Virus record (IMG/VR): IMGVR_UViG_3300026442_000101
Reading direction: 5' to 3' (one strand)
DNA: 64,000 nucleotides
From: a virus
Taxonomy: Duplodnaviria > Caudoviricetes
Position numbers and translations under genes: made by a program
In this document: positions 33,571 through 43,449 of the stretch, piece after piece
How positions within the stretch are numbered: the stretch's first letter is position 1
Layout of the letters: every line of letters begins with the position of its first letter
The notes under the pieces: model-generated
Told to the model about the DNA's origin: nothing
Databases searched by the model: none
Seen by the model: only the letters and a program-made list of their open reading frames with translations

Positions 33571-34983
33571 TTATAGACTACCGATCTCAGGCGTTGGGCT
33601 AACCTGACCACCGTTCTTCATGTAGTCGATGTAATCAGGGTCGTTACGATCAACAAAGATCGACAACACCGATGCGCAAGTGTAGCGGAATGCGTTCATG
33701 CCCTGACCTTCCAACTCGTAAGAGCTGGTGCAGTTGAGCAGAGTGCCTTCGATGGTCCTGATGATGCCATTGAAGTCGTACATGATTTCAACAGCCATGC
33801 CGGGAGTGATCAGCTCAGGGTTGCTGCGTCGCCACGGTACCAGCATGAGAGCACCTGCCCGCTTAGCCATTTGACTGGCCTCGTGGTACATGTTCCCTGT
33901 GATGCGCCGATCAGACGTATTCGCTACGTTCTGACCGTTACCAACCACTGCGGTAGAGAACTCACTGTTCGTCTTGCCGCGATGGGCGATCATGGTGTTG
34001 TTGGCGATATCTAGCTCTCCGTCGACGAGCTGATTAGCCATCGTGAATCGTACGGCGTTACCACCGGTGTTCAGTTGACCGAAGGAGTCGTCGAGGACTT
34101 TCGACACACCTGCCGAATAGATGATCGTTGCCCGGCCTGCCTGGCGCCACGTCTTATCGACCATGACCGAATGGCGGTTAGGGGCAAGGAGCACTTGCAG
34201 CAGACGTTTAGCGGACGCTTGGCGATAGCAGTCGTACAGAGGCCACGAGTAGATGTAGGCGCCCTGTAGATAGATGCCCAGCCCTGTCGAGTAGATGCCG
34301 CCTTGATCGTTTTGTAAGATGTCTGGGACTTCGAACAGATCGGTGTTATCTTCGATGATGACGTGGTCACGCGGCGTCTGGTTGTTTGGCGTAGCCATGT
34401 CAAAGCCTGTAACCGCTTCATCAGCGGCTAGCTTCAACGCACCGCATGCTCGCACCATCAACGTCTGCATGACGGCATACGGAGGACAACCTCGGCCGAT
34501 ATAGCCCACCCTCATTTTGCGCAGCTGCGCTGCAGCTACTTCTTCCAAGATGAAGGTCACGTACTTGATGCTCGACCGGTCAGCTGTCTCGGTATCCGTC
34601 AATGACGGGTTATAGCCCGAGTCGCTAGGTCTTGCGATCTCATCGCCCAGATAGGCGCAGTACGTTCTTGCCAATACCGGCTTGTCGGTGAACTCAGTGC
34701 CGTTCTCATCAGCATCGACGATCGTCAGCGTGATCTTGAGATCGTCTTGGAAGGGACCGATCCCGTTCATCAGAGTACCAGCGCCGATAGCCACCACGAT
34801 AGCGGTGTTGTCAGCGATGGCCTCACGATAGTTACGCTCTGTATCTTTGCGCAGGATCTGGAGAGGAGTGATCTCCTTTCCGCCAGCATGGATAACAGCC
34901 CGCATTTGAAAGTACGGGCTGCCCGCAGCAGCGGAGATTAGAGCTACCTCTTGCATCAGCGCAGAGGTCTCTAACTCAGCCAT
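33571..34983 (-). CDS. Virion structural protein (phiKZ gp101-like, baseplate/tail region)
   Basis: 470 aa; position in the conserved structural block by recalled synteny; G.YSTGLG.YLQ motif. Confidence 0.6.
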   Translation of the reverse strand: MAELETSALMQEVALISAAAGSPYFQMRAVIHAGGKEITPLQILRKDTERNYREAIADNTAIVVAIGAGTLMNGIGPFQDDLKITLTIVDADENGTEFTDKPVLARTYCAYLGDEIARPSDSGYNPSLTDTETADRSSIKYVTFILEEVAAAQLRKMRVGYIGRGCPPYAVMQTLMVRACGALKLAADEAVTGFDMATPNNQTPRDHVIIEDNTDLFEVPDILQNDQGGIYSTGLGIYLQGAYIYSWPLYDCYRQASAKRLLQVLLAPNRHSVMVDKTWRQAGRATIIYSAGVSKVLDDSFGQLNTGGNAVRFTMANQLVDGELDIANNTMIAHRGKTNSEFSTAVVGNGQNVANTSDRRITGNMYHEASQMAKRAGALMLVPWRRSNPELITPGMAVEIMYDFNGIIRTIEGTLLNCTSSYELEGQGMNAFRYTCASVLSIFVDRNDPDYIDYMKNGGQVSPTPEIGSL

Positions 34984-35587
34984 TACGTTCCTCCAGGAAT
35001 CGTTCGATGATATCCATACGCTGGACAGACTTAGGCACCAGACGCTCTTTCTTCACGTCCGGCAGGTCAGCACGACTGAACTGTGCGCGGACTGGCAGGA
35101 AGCCCTGCATCTGGTTCTTGACGATGCGCTGGTCGATATCAGGGTCAGCATCCACACCAACCGACCGGCACATCAGCGCAAACTCTGCCAGCTGACGGAA
35201 GTCATCGGCGTTAGGCGCTTCGTACATCTTGTCGGTACGCATGGCAGCCAAGTGGGCGTCCATGTGGTTGAGGATACGCTGATAGATCTTGACCGCGGTT
35301 TCTTTACGAGGGAACCGGATGGTAGCGCCGTCGATGAACTGGTCGCAGATGGTGATGATGTTATCGGCAGTCGCAACCATCTGGTTAGCGATCCACCGCA
35401 TCTCGTTCTCACCACCTTGCTGTACCACGACCGGCATCCGCCCAAGACCGTTCTTCATCTTGAAGTGGGCGTTGTCGATCTCGTATTCGTGTAGCTCGAA
35501 ACGGGCGAAGATGTAATCCGACGTGTCGTGTGCGACCTTCTTCGGACTGATCTTGAAGCCCCGAGCTTGGAGAGTTGTTGATCGCAT
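34976..35587 (-). CDS. Conserved phiKZ-like hypothetical protein
   Basis: 203-aa ORF coupled within the structural operon. Confidence 0.7.
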   Translation of the reverse strand: MRSTTLQARGFKISPKKVAHDTSDYIFARFELHEYEIDNAHFKMKNGLGRMPVVVQQGGENEMRWIANQMVATADNIITICDQFIDGATIRFPRKETAVKIYQRILNHMDAHLAAMRTDKMYEAPNADDFRQLAEFALMCRSVGVDADPDIDQRIVKNQMQGFLPVRAQFSRADLPDVKKERLVPKSVQRMDIIERFLEERNG

Positions 35588-36942
35588 CAGAATACTCCAG
35601 GCGCCAACTTGATCAGCGTCAGAATGATTGGGATGTAGTAGAAGCGCTCGAGGTTATCGAACTTCACTGCGTAGTCGGCAATGTCTGCCAACATACCCAG
35701 ATCAATTGCTTGCCCCGAGATGCGTTGACGCGTCAGACGTTCGAGATGACTCTGGCCAGGCAGGTCCTCGTAGAAATCTTTACTGAACACGTAGTAATCA
35801 TCCACCACGATTCGTTTGATGTACTGGCCGTATTCGGGCGCTGGTTCATCACCGACCAGGTCCAGCTGTGGCAGCAGAGACCGGATGTCGTCTTGGCGAA
35901 CATCGGCCTTGACGAACGAATCGATTGCGTGAGGAGGCTCGTAGTTGTTATTCGCACTCCACGTCGGATCGACGGCCGACACTACCAGCTGGACACCGCT
36001 GTAGTAGATCGAGGCGAAGTGAGCTCTGGCTTTGTAAGCACCAATGGGACTGAACCCAAACTTCTGAGAACAGCTATAAAGCAGGTCGATGTCCTTACGA
36101 GCAAGTACATCGAATAGCGACCATTGGTTAGAATATACATCGCCTCCTACGCCCAATTCCGTGATCCACGGAACGTGAGGATGGTCGATGGTTTCGAGGG
36201 TCGCCTTCATGTACTTGGTGACGTTAGGGTCGTACACCAGCCTGGTCGGGTGCGGTACAACGAACGTCTGACGAGCGTCGTCGAAGTGATCCTTGAAGTA
36301 CATCGCGATCAAACGCTTACGGGCCTTGTTAAGGCGCCGCAGTACCGAGACTTCTTCTTCACGCAGCAGCGCCTTCACGCCATTGCGGAAGTTCTCGCGC
36401 AGGAATACGTAGGTATAGCTGACGCGCTTGGTGTTGATCTTTTCAGCGAATGCCGCGTCGACCCAATGCAAACCGCGGAACGAGATCGTGGTGTTGGCTT
36501 CAGGGTAGATCGAACCACGCTTGGGTTCGTTCACCTGGAACATTACGCGACGACCGTTACCTACGTCGGCAATGAACATGTCGCCGTTCTCAGGCGTGAC
36601 GATGCTGTAAACCGCCGCACCGCCGGTCAGGGCGAAGCCGCCAGTATCGCTGGTGTTCTGATCCTGACTCATGTCGTCAGTGATGATCAGCTCAAAGCCT
36701 TTGATCAGCTCGTACTGACCGTAAGCAGCTGGCAGGTCATCTTGATACGAAGCAGGCGCCGAATCGCGGCGTTGGATCTGCTTGTAATAGTCGACCGTCA
36801 TCTTCTTACCGGCTGCGAAGCCTGCAAGCGATTCGTGACCTTGGTTCCTGGTCTCGGCGACTGGGGTTACGTATGGAACTTCACTGATGATGAGGTTAGG
36901 CTTCTCGGCCGGTACTTCATCCTCTTCTTCTACGAATGGCAT
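35587..36942 (-). CDS. Virion structural protein (phiKZ gp99-like)
   Basis: 451 aa, in the structural block; LERFYYIP C-terminal motif. Confidence 0.6.
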   Translation of the reverse strand: MPFVEEEDEVPAEKPNLIISEVPYVTPVAETRNQGHESLAGFAAGKKMTVDYYKQIQRRDSAPASYQDDLPAAYGQYELIKGFELIITDDMSQDQNTSDTGGFALTGGAAVYSIVTPENGDMFIADVGNGRRVMFQVNEPKRGSIYPEANTTISFRGLHWVDAAFAEKINTKRVSYTYVFLRENFRNGVKALLREEEVSVLRRLNKARKRLIAMYFKDHFDDARQTFVVPHPTRLVYDPNVTKYMKATLETIDHPHVPWITELGVGGDVYSNQWSLFDVLARKDIDLLYSCSQKFGFSPIGAYKARAHFASIYYSGVQLVVSAVDPTWSANNNYEPPHAIDSFVKADVRQDDIRSLLPQLDLVGDEPAPEYGQYIKRIVVDDYYVFSKDFYEDLPGQSHLERLTRQRISGQAIDLGMLADIADYAVKFDNLERFYYIPIILTLIKLAPGVF

Positions 36943-37029
36943 CGAATCTCTCCTGAGCCAGGTTCATGTTCATACCAAAGTCAAAAAAAAGACGGCATAG
37001 GGGAGAGGCATTTGCCTCTCCCCATTATA

Positions 37030-37308
37030 TCACTTCAGCTGACGAGTACGGCGATAGTCAATCGCCAGAGCGAGCAGGGTGATCAGACCCACAAGCCACA
37101 CGTACCCTTTCGGGAACAACAATGAAATCAGGCTGACTATGGTGATGAATCCCATGGCGACCAGCATGCCGATCGCATATCGCTCATCCCACTCCGCCTG
37201 CTCTTTATCCATCCTGATACCGATTAGGTATAGATAGATCCCGCCGAATACGACTATTGCAATGATAGTGATCGCAACGTCGAGGTACGTGAATATCTCA
37301 CGAGTCAT
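37030..37308 (-). CDS. Three-TM membrane protein
   Basis: Hydrophobic segments; AAGGAG SD; a promoter-like TAAA-N11-CATACATA lies upstream (37345-37369). Confidence 0.75.
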   Translation of the reverse strand: MTREIFTYLDVAITIIAIVVFGGIYLYLIGIRMDKEQAEWDERYAIGMLVAMGFITIVSLISLLFPKGYVWLVGLITLLALAIDYRRTRQLK

Positions 37309-37365
37309 GGTCCGCTCCTTTTCGGTATGTTCATGACGCGTGGATTATGTATGGCTTTAAATACT

Positions 37366-39084
37366 TTACTTCCTCAGGGCGATGATGCCGAGGTACTGCA
37401 CGTATTTATTGCCATTCATTCCTTCACGCGACCAGTGGTCACCAGGACCCCAGTTACCACCTCCAGAACCTCCAGAACCGTCCCCGCCGCCGACGCTCCC
37501 TCCAGGCCCACCTGAACCACCATCGCCTTTATTCCCTCCCCCTGGCAGAGCCCCTGCCTCACCGCCTCCGGTGTTGATAGGACCGCCTGGTCCAGAATCA
37601 CCACCGTTATCGAAACCAATTCCCTTATCCTGTAAATACTTGTAGAACCACTTGATGTACGACTTTGGCAGATACTTGCCATCAAGCAGAATTCCCATCG
37701 CGTATTCAACGTCAAGCGCTGGTACGATCGTCTGGAATACTGACAAGGTGGACTTCGGGTCTACCTGCATACTACGAATGGCAGCATCGGAGAACAAAGA
37801 GTAATAGGTAGGGAAGGATAGCCGCAGATGGTACTGTCTGCGTAGGTCCAACGGTCTGGTCGCTCTGACGTTCAGATGCTCATCGATCGTCAGCATTTCC
37901 TCACTCATCGGCGTATCGTCAGCGAACAACGTGAAGAGCATGGTCGAGCCGCCCTTACGGTGCAGATGTGCGTGCATCTTACGCATGTACGCATCTACTT
38001 CAACCGTGAACCTTACCTTGGGGATCTGCGTCAGGTTGATCAGTTCCTGAGAATCCTTAGGGTCCAGTTGCAGCATCCACGTCATCGCAGGCACCGTGTA
38101 CATCGGCTGACGCCGCTTACCCGGGATCCATTCGTCGTACGACGGGAAACGCACACCGTCTGCTGGCGGTGGACTGAAGTTGTAGTTACCGCGAATGATG
38201 TCGAGCGCAGTGATACCGATCGGACCATTCTTGGAAAGCTCATCGAGACTGTAGCGCTCACGCTTGTCGAGGAGTTTGGCAGAGATCATCTTCTGGTGAA
38301 CCTGCATCGGGAATACGAAGTACAGGTGAGTCGCCCTGTGGTACATGACCTTGTAGGTAAACTCGATACGCCAGACGCTGTTCCCGTCGACCTTCTCTTC
38401 AACCGGGATGTCGCTGAAGTCAAACCACCCCTGCACGTTGACTTGTTTCTCAGGGATGACGATGGTGCTCTTCTCGATTACGTGATCGAGAGTACCTACC
38501 GTGCCGAACGGACGGCGCTGCATCCCTTTGAAGTAAGTCAGGAAGTCTTCACCGTAACCGGCAGTCCTCTCACGCAGCTCATGTAGATGCGCAAGGATAC
38601 GCACCACGCCATCTTGCATCGGGATGTCGTAGTTGACCTCATGCTCAAGCGACGTACGGTTCTCGGCCCGACGTGCTGCAAACTCATCCCGCCACTGAGT
38701 AACCTCAACACGAGAGGGCGCAGTGTAGGTGAAGTTCATGGTGATATCAGACGGGATGTAAACTGGGCGAATGGAAATACCCAATTTAGGATCCACCAGC
38801 ATGGGCGGCATCTCGTTCTGACGGATGATGGCATTGATCACCGATTCGTTACGGATACGGTCGGTGACTGTCACCTTAACCTTACGGTAACTCTCGAGCT
38901 GAACGTCATCACCTTGATCGGTTCTGTTGGCGGCTTGTCCGATCTGCTCGAACTCACCAGGCATGAACACGTCAGTGGTTTCAGGAATATCCACCACCTT
39001 CATCACATCCCGAGCAATCTTCATCGCTACAGGGCGGCTGATGTTCTCGTAGTTCGATGCCAGTTTCACAGTGATTCTTGGCAT
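37366..39084 (-). CDS. Virion structural protein with Gly-rich C-terminal insert
   Basis: 572 aa, in the structural block; GGDSGPGG...GGSGGGNWG tract. Confidence 0.7.
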   Translation of the reverse strand: MPRITVKLASNYENISRPVAMKIARDVMKVVDIPETTDVFMPGEFEQIGQAANRTDQGDDVQLESYRKVKVTVTDRIRNESVINAIIRQNEMPPMLVDPKLGISIRPVYIPSDITMNFTYTAPSRVEVTQWRDEFAARRAENRTSLEHEVNYDIPMQDGVVRILAHLHELRERTAGYGEDFLTYFKGMQRRPFGTVGTLDHVIEKSTIVIPEKQVNVQGWFDFSDIPVEEKVDGNSVWRIEFTYKVMYHRATHLYFVFPMQVHQKMISAKLLDKRERYSLDELSKNGPIGITALDIIRGNYNFSPPPADGVRFPSYDEWIPGKRRQPMYTVPAMTWMLQLDPKDSQELINLTQIPKVRFTVEVDAYMRKMHAHLHRKGGSTMLFTLFADDTPMSEEMLTIDEHLNVRATRPLDLRRQYHLRLSFPTYYSLFSDAAIRSMQVDPKSTLSVFQTIVPALDVEYAMGILLDGKYLPKSYIKWFYKYLQDKGIGFDNGGDSGPGGPINTGGGEAGALPGGGNKGDGGSGGPGGSVGGGDGSGGSGGGNWGPGDHWSREGMNGNKYVQYLGIIALRK

Positions 39085-39151
39085 GCTGGTTCCTACCTAA
39101 TGGCGGCATACACGGAGAGGGGAAACACCCCTCTCCGCGCACCCGAGGTTA

Positions 39152-40447
39152 TCAGTCCTGGAAGACCGACTCTTCGACGTAGGTCAGCACCGAGTCGATA
39201 CGGTCGACCAGGTCGCTCTGGTAGCGATTGAGGCGATCGCACACGCGGCCGAGTTCAGCCACCATGTCGTTCTCGATACGCAGCAAGTCGAGGTAGTTGA
39301 CGTTGTGCGGCAGATCCACACCGTCGTCCTTGTCGTCTTCAGCAGACTTGTTCAGCTGCTGGATGACGCTACGCACCGACTTGAAGGTGGAGGTGGTCGA
39401 ATCGGTGATGCGCTCCAAGGCCTTGACCTGGTCGGTAACGATACCTTCCAGTTGAGCCAGGATCACACCGATCTGATCATTGGTCAGCGATGCTGGCGCA
39501 TCGAGATGCTTGATGAGCATACCGGCGTCAGTAGCCGTGGACGACAACACCGCTTGCAGGATCACGTTGTAACGGTTTTCCTGAATAGCGTAGACCTGGT
39601 TACCCAGCCAGTTCTTCGGCTGGCCATCGAGGATCTTCTTGAGATCCCGCAGCAGGTCTTCGGTTGGGATGTTGATCAACACGTTCTGAGTGGTGTTGCT
39701 GCTCAAGGCGTCGAAGATTCGAGTCTTGATGATCTCAGCCAACCGGTGGTGATATTGCTCAACCACCTTGGTGATCGCAAGGTTGGTCTCGGCGAACTCC
39801 TTCAAGTCCGCACCCGGGTTCTTGCTGTAGCCGTCACCCAGGATCAGGTGCTTGAGCACACCGGAGTTCAGCTTGAGCGGTTTACCACCGGTACCCTTAC
39901 GCTTGGCGATGATGCCGCGCACACGCATGCTGCGCTTGACCAGGCCCTTGGAGCTGTCGTTCAGACGAGAGAAGGACAGAGCCATACGCTCGACGAACGA
40001 ACCCATGGCAGAACCAAAGGACTTGACTGCACCTTTGAACCAGTCGCCAAAGGATTCCATCGACGCTTCGGTTACCGATCCATCAGGACCAGTCTCCAGA
40101 CGCGGCAGATCGGTCTCCAGGATCTTCTCGGCGTCAGCAATGGTAACGTTGGCGATTTCAGCGAAAGCTTCAGCAGCGTGAGCTGGGACGTCCTCAGCGG
40201 CATTCACGGCTGCGGCCACGTTGTGTACCACCGCAGTGGCTGTATCGAGGTCGCGTTGGTCTTCACCCAACTCATGAACTTCGTCCAGAGCATCGGAGAG
40301 CTCAGCACGTTCTTCTTGGGTCTGGATGATCAGTTCGTCGGTGACTTCGTCGGCCCGGACTTCTGGTTCGGGAGTTTCGACGATAGCCGATTCAAAGCTT
40401 GGGGCGCCTCGGAAGGCGTTCCGCAGGGAATTGGAAAAGATGGACAT
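39152..40447 (-). CDS. phiKZ-like internal head protein (gp93/gp95-97 family)
   Basis: PSFES and ASMESFGDWF processing motifs. Confidence 0.8.
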   Translation of the reverse strand: MSIFSNSLRNAFRGAPSFESAIVETPEPEVRADEVTDELIIQTQEERAELSDALDEVHELGEDQRDLDTATAVVHNVAAAVNAAEDVPAHAAEAFAEIANVTIADAEKILETDLPRLETGPDGSVTEASMESFGDWFKGAVKSFGSAMGSFVERMALSFSRLNDSSKGLVKRSMRVRGIIAKRKGTGGKPLKLNSGVLKHLILGDGYSKNPGADLKEFAETNLAITKVVEQYHHRLAEIIKTRIFDALSSNTTQNVLINIPTEDLLRDLKKILDGQPKNWLGNQVYAIQENRYNVILQAVLSSTATDAGMLIKHLDAPASLTNDQIGVILAQLEGIVTDQVKALERITDSTTSTFKSVRSVIQQLNKSAEDDKDDGVDLPHNVNYLDLLRIENDMVAELGRVCDRLNRYQSDLVDRIDSVLTYVEESVFQD

Positions 40448-40549
40448 GGAAGTACCTTTAGTCGAGGCGGCTTGGTAGGCTAAGCTATATTATCAACGGC
40501 ATATAGCGGGGGATCGCTCCCCCGCTATACTTACGGCGCTACAGATCGA

Positions 40550-41947
40550 TTACTCGGTCTTGGCGGCGTCGTCTTCTTTCTTCGCAGCTGCGTCATCTTT
40601 CTTGTCAGCAGCGCCGGCGTCAGCAGCCGGAGCCTTGCCGCCGTACTTGCCGGCCGAAGCGGCAGCAGCGCGGTAGGCTTCTTTGGACAGCTTGCCCAGG
40701 TACGACACGTAGGTCGGGATGATGCCTTTGTTGGCGCTGATGGCGGACTTGGCCATTTTCAGCAGCTGACGAGCGGCAGCATCGTCGTCCTTGGTCTCGG
40801 ACTTGTTCAGGCCGACTTTGTCCTTGATGGCACGACCAGCACCGCCGACAACTTTCGAAGCGGCGTTGATCAGCGCTTCGTTGGCAGCGATGACAGCGTC
40901 ACCGTCCTTACGAGCGGTTTCCATCAGGGTGCCGACTTTGACCAGCGAGTCGCCAACGGCGCCAATTTCGGCAGGCGAGAGGATCGGGCTCTTTTCAGGA
41001 GCTTCTTTCTTCTCGGGGTTCTTGATGCCGAAGGTAGCACCGGACAGCTTGTCGAAGTTCTCGCCTTGACCAGGCTTGAACACGGCGCTGTAGCCGCCTG
41101 GCAGGGCGATGGTCTGCTCGGCCAGGGCCGAGGTATTGACGGCTGCACCAGCAGCTTTCAGCGAAGCGCCGGAGACGCTGCCTTTGCTCAGCTCGGAGAT
41201 CAGAGGACGCAGGGAATCACGGATACCCTTGGTCACTTTCAGCACGCCGCTGGTGTAGACGCCGTGAGCGTCGTCCAGGGCTTTCTTCGGATCGACCTTG
41301 CCGCCAACGACGACCATGCCGAAACCGCCGGAGCTGATTTCTTTGACCTTGGCTTCACCTTTCAGGCCCGAAGCTACGCGCTTCAGTTTGACGCCCGACG
41401 CCTTGATGGCGCTGGCCGATTTGCCCATGGTGGTGAAGAACTCTTTGATCGCAGTGGCGACTGCCGAGGCAGCGGCGCGCAGCATGGCGACCAGACGAGC
41501 CAGAACGCCCTGGCCTTTCTCTTCAGCTTCGGTGGTGTAGTCTTCGAGCTGGTTGCTCTCGAAGGACTCGTGCATGGAGACCACGTCGCCTTGGAAGATG
41601 GCGGTAGGGATACCACGAGCTTCCAGCGAGCCAGCGATGCCCTGGGCCAGGAACTTGGCAGCCAGGCTGTTCAGCGGGATGCCGGCGGCAGCCAGCGCGT
41701 CGATCTGGCCGCAGTAGGCTTCCAGGGATTCAACGGCTTCGACGACTTTCTCGGCGGCGTTGTCCTGGTTCTCCAGCTTCTCGACGTCGTCAGCCAGTTC
41801 GGCGACCGCTTCTTCGAGGTCAGACTGGGTCTCGTCGGTGATGACGGTGATTTCTTCTTCACCGGCCGGCAGGATCACTTCCTCCGGATCGATCTGGCCA
41901 GATTCCACGCCGTATTGACGCAGCGCATCATTGAGGGAAAAATTCAT
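40550..41947 (-). CDS. Abundant phiKZ-like internal head protein
   Basis: Likely start MNFSLN at 41947 (AGGAG SD); ESLEA, ESFES, YTTEAEE, VLARLVAML; extreme codon bias. Confidence 0.85.
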   Translation of the reverse strand: MNFSLNDALRQYGVESGQIDPEEVILPAGEEEITVITDETQSDLEEAVAELADDVEKLENQDNAAEKVVEAVESLEAYCGQIDALAAAGIPLNSLAAKFLAQGIAGSLEARGIPTAIFQGDVVSMHESFESNQLEDYTTEAEEKGQGVLARLVAMLRAAASAVATAIKEFFTTMGKSASAIKASGVKLKRVASGLKGEAKVKEISSGGFGMVVVGGKVDPKKALDDAHGVYTSGVLKVTKGIRDSLRPLISELSKGSVSGASLKAAGAAVNTSALAEQTIALPGGYSAVFKPGQGENFDKLSGATFGIKNPEKKEAPEKSPILSPAEIGAVGDSLVKVGTLMETARKDGDAVIAANEALINAASKVVGGAGRAIKDKVGLNKSETKDDDAAARQLLKMAKSAISANKGIIPTYVSYLGKLSKEAYRAAAASAGKYGGKAPAADAGAADKKDDAAAKKEDDAAKTE

Positions 41948-42008
41948 GTGTAAAGCTCCTGAGGAGATTGATTGCGTCGGTGCGCACCGACGGCGTATAC
42001 GCACATCA

Positions 42009-42521
42009 TTACATCACGGCAGCAATGGTGCGGTCGCCTACATATAACTGGAGGGTAGAGGACAAATCGTCCACTCCAAGGCGGGTCACCCAAAGCTGAA
42101 TGAGGTGTTCTGGAACCATGGCGGCCAGGAATTCCACTGCCTCACGCTCCTCGGGAGAGAACGTCGGCAGGCGGGTGGCTACCACAGTATCATGTTTCAA
42201 GAGCAGCGCCCGGTCCTGGAAGCACACACGACGACGCGTGATACGCTTGGTCAGAAAGAGCGCAGTCTCGGCGATGAACGCCTGGACGGAAGTGCCCAGA
42301 CGTACAGTGGGGCTAAGCGCAGCCGCGAAGAAGCCGCTGGTAGCGGCCCATTCACGCTGCATGATTGCAAGCTGATCGAGCTCGACTTTGAAGTCGGGTC
42401 GGTTCTGCTCACAACGGCGACGATAGATCTCGCTGATCTCAGGCGCCTCATAGACAGCTTCGGCTGAGACCGCAATAGCCATCAGCGCCGGAAAGCCGCG
42501 ATGGGTATATACGATGTTCAT
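42009..42521 (-). CDS. Conserved phiKZ-like hypothetical/virion protein
   Basis: 170 aa, in the structural block. Confidence 0.6.
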   Translation of the reverse strand: MNIVYTHRGFPALMAIAVSAEAVYEAPEISEIYRRRCEQNRPDFKVELDQLAIMQREWAATSGFFAAALSPTVRLGTSVQAFIAETALFLTKRITRRRVCFQDRALLLKHDTVVATRLPTFSPEEREAVEFLAAMVPEHLIQLWVTRLGVDDLSSTLQLYVGDRTIAAVM

Positions 42522-43423
42522 TTCACCCTTGCCTCCATCTCGGTGATCGAAGCACGGAGCAGGGTGAGCTCACGGGTGTAGCCATCGATGATGGCCTCAG
42601 CCTGAGCGTCCTGCATGCCATTACGCTTATTGCGCAGGCACTCCAGACGCATCTCGACATCCTGCCGCTCTTTCTTGGCGCATTCGTAGCGATCGACTTC
42701 CCAGTCGACCCTACGGATACCGACCCAGTGGAAGATGCCGGAGACGATCGGGATAGCGTTCAGGTGCAGCGGGTCAGCTGCCGCACCGCCGGCCAGTGCC
42801 GGCACTTCGCTAAGCGCCGCTTCGCTCATGGTCACTTCAGGGATTTTCTCGATATCACTGAGGATCTTCTTTGGATCCGCATTGAGTAGGTCGAGCACCC
42901 GGATGTAGGAGCCGCGGTTCTGAGTCAGGTAGCGCAAGACAGCAGGGGTGTAGGGATTGCCGTCAGGTCGCGAGAACGCTTCGATGTTCGTCTCAGACGC
43001 TACCAGGTAGGACAAGTGCCGGCTGGTGTAGTCAGCGAAGAAATCGAGGATCTCGATCAAACGAATGACCGACGCTTTCTGATACGTCAGGCCTTCGATA
43101 TGGATCTGATCGCCCACGTTCTTGCCGATGTACTGCTCGATCAAGTCGAGCAACTTACCAGCGTTGGTGATGGCGATCATCGACACCTTGCTGTAACCCA
43201 AGGGATCGTTGCGCAGACGGCCAGGCAGCAGTGGCAGGAGCTCCTTCATGAACTCTTTGCCGTAAGCCGACTTGTAGGTCCGCTCGCCGATGGTTTCAGC
43301 AACCAGCTCGAGAGCGGGACGGATGATGTCGTTCAGCTTCTTGCTGATGGTTCGGATCTTGCTCACGACGTCTTTCTTCCCGAAGGTCGGGAGGAGGTCG
43401 CGCAGGAAAGTTGCGATGCTCAT
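42518..43423 (-). CDS. Inner-body/virion protein (phiKZ gp90-like)
   Basis: 301 aa; synteny with the gp87-gp93 block as recalled. Confidence 0.6.
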   Translation of the reverse strand: MSIATFLRDLLPTFGKKDVVSKIRTISKKLNDIIRPALELVAETIGERTYKSAYGKEFMKELLPLLPGRLRNDPLGYSKVSMIAITNAGKLLDLIEQYIGKNVGDQIHIEGLTYQKASVIRLIEILDFFADYTSRHLSYLVASETNIEAFSRPDGNPYTPAVLRYLTQNRGSYIRVLDLLNADPKKILSDIEKIPEVTMSEAALSEVPALAGGAAADPLHLNAIPIVSGIFHWVGIRRVDWEVDRYECAKKERQDVEMRLECLRNKRNGMQDAQAEAIIDGYTRELTLLRASITEMEARVK

Positions 43424-43449
43424 GGGGTGTCCACTCTCGTGACTGGTGA

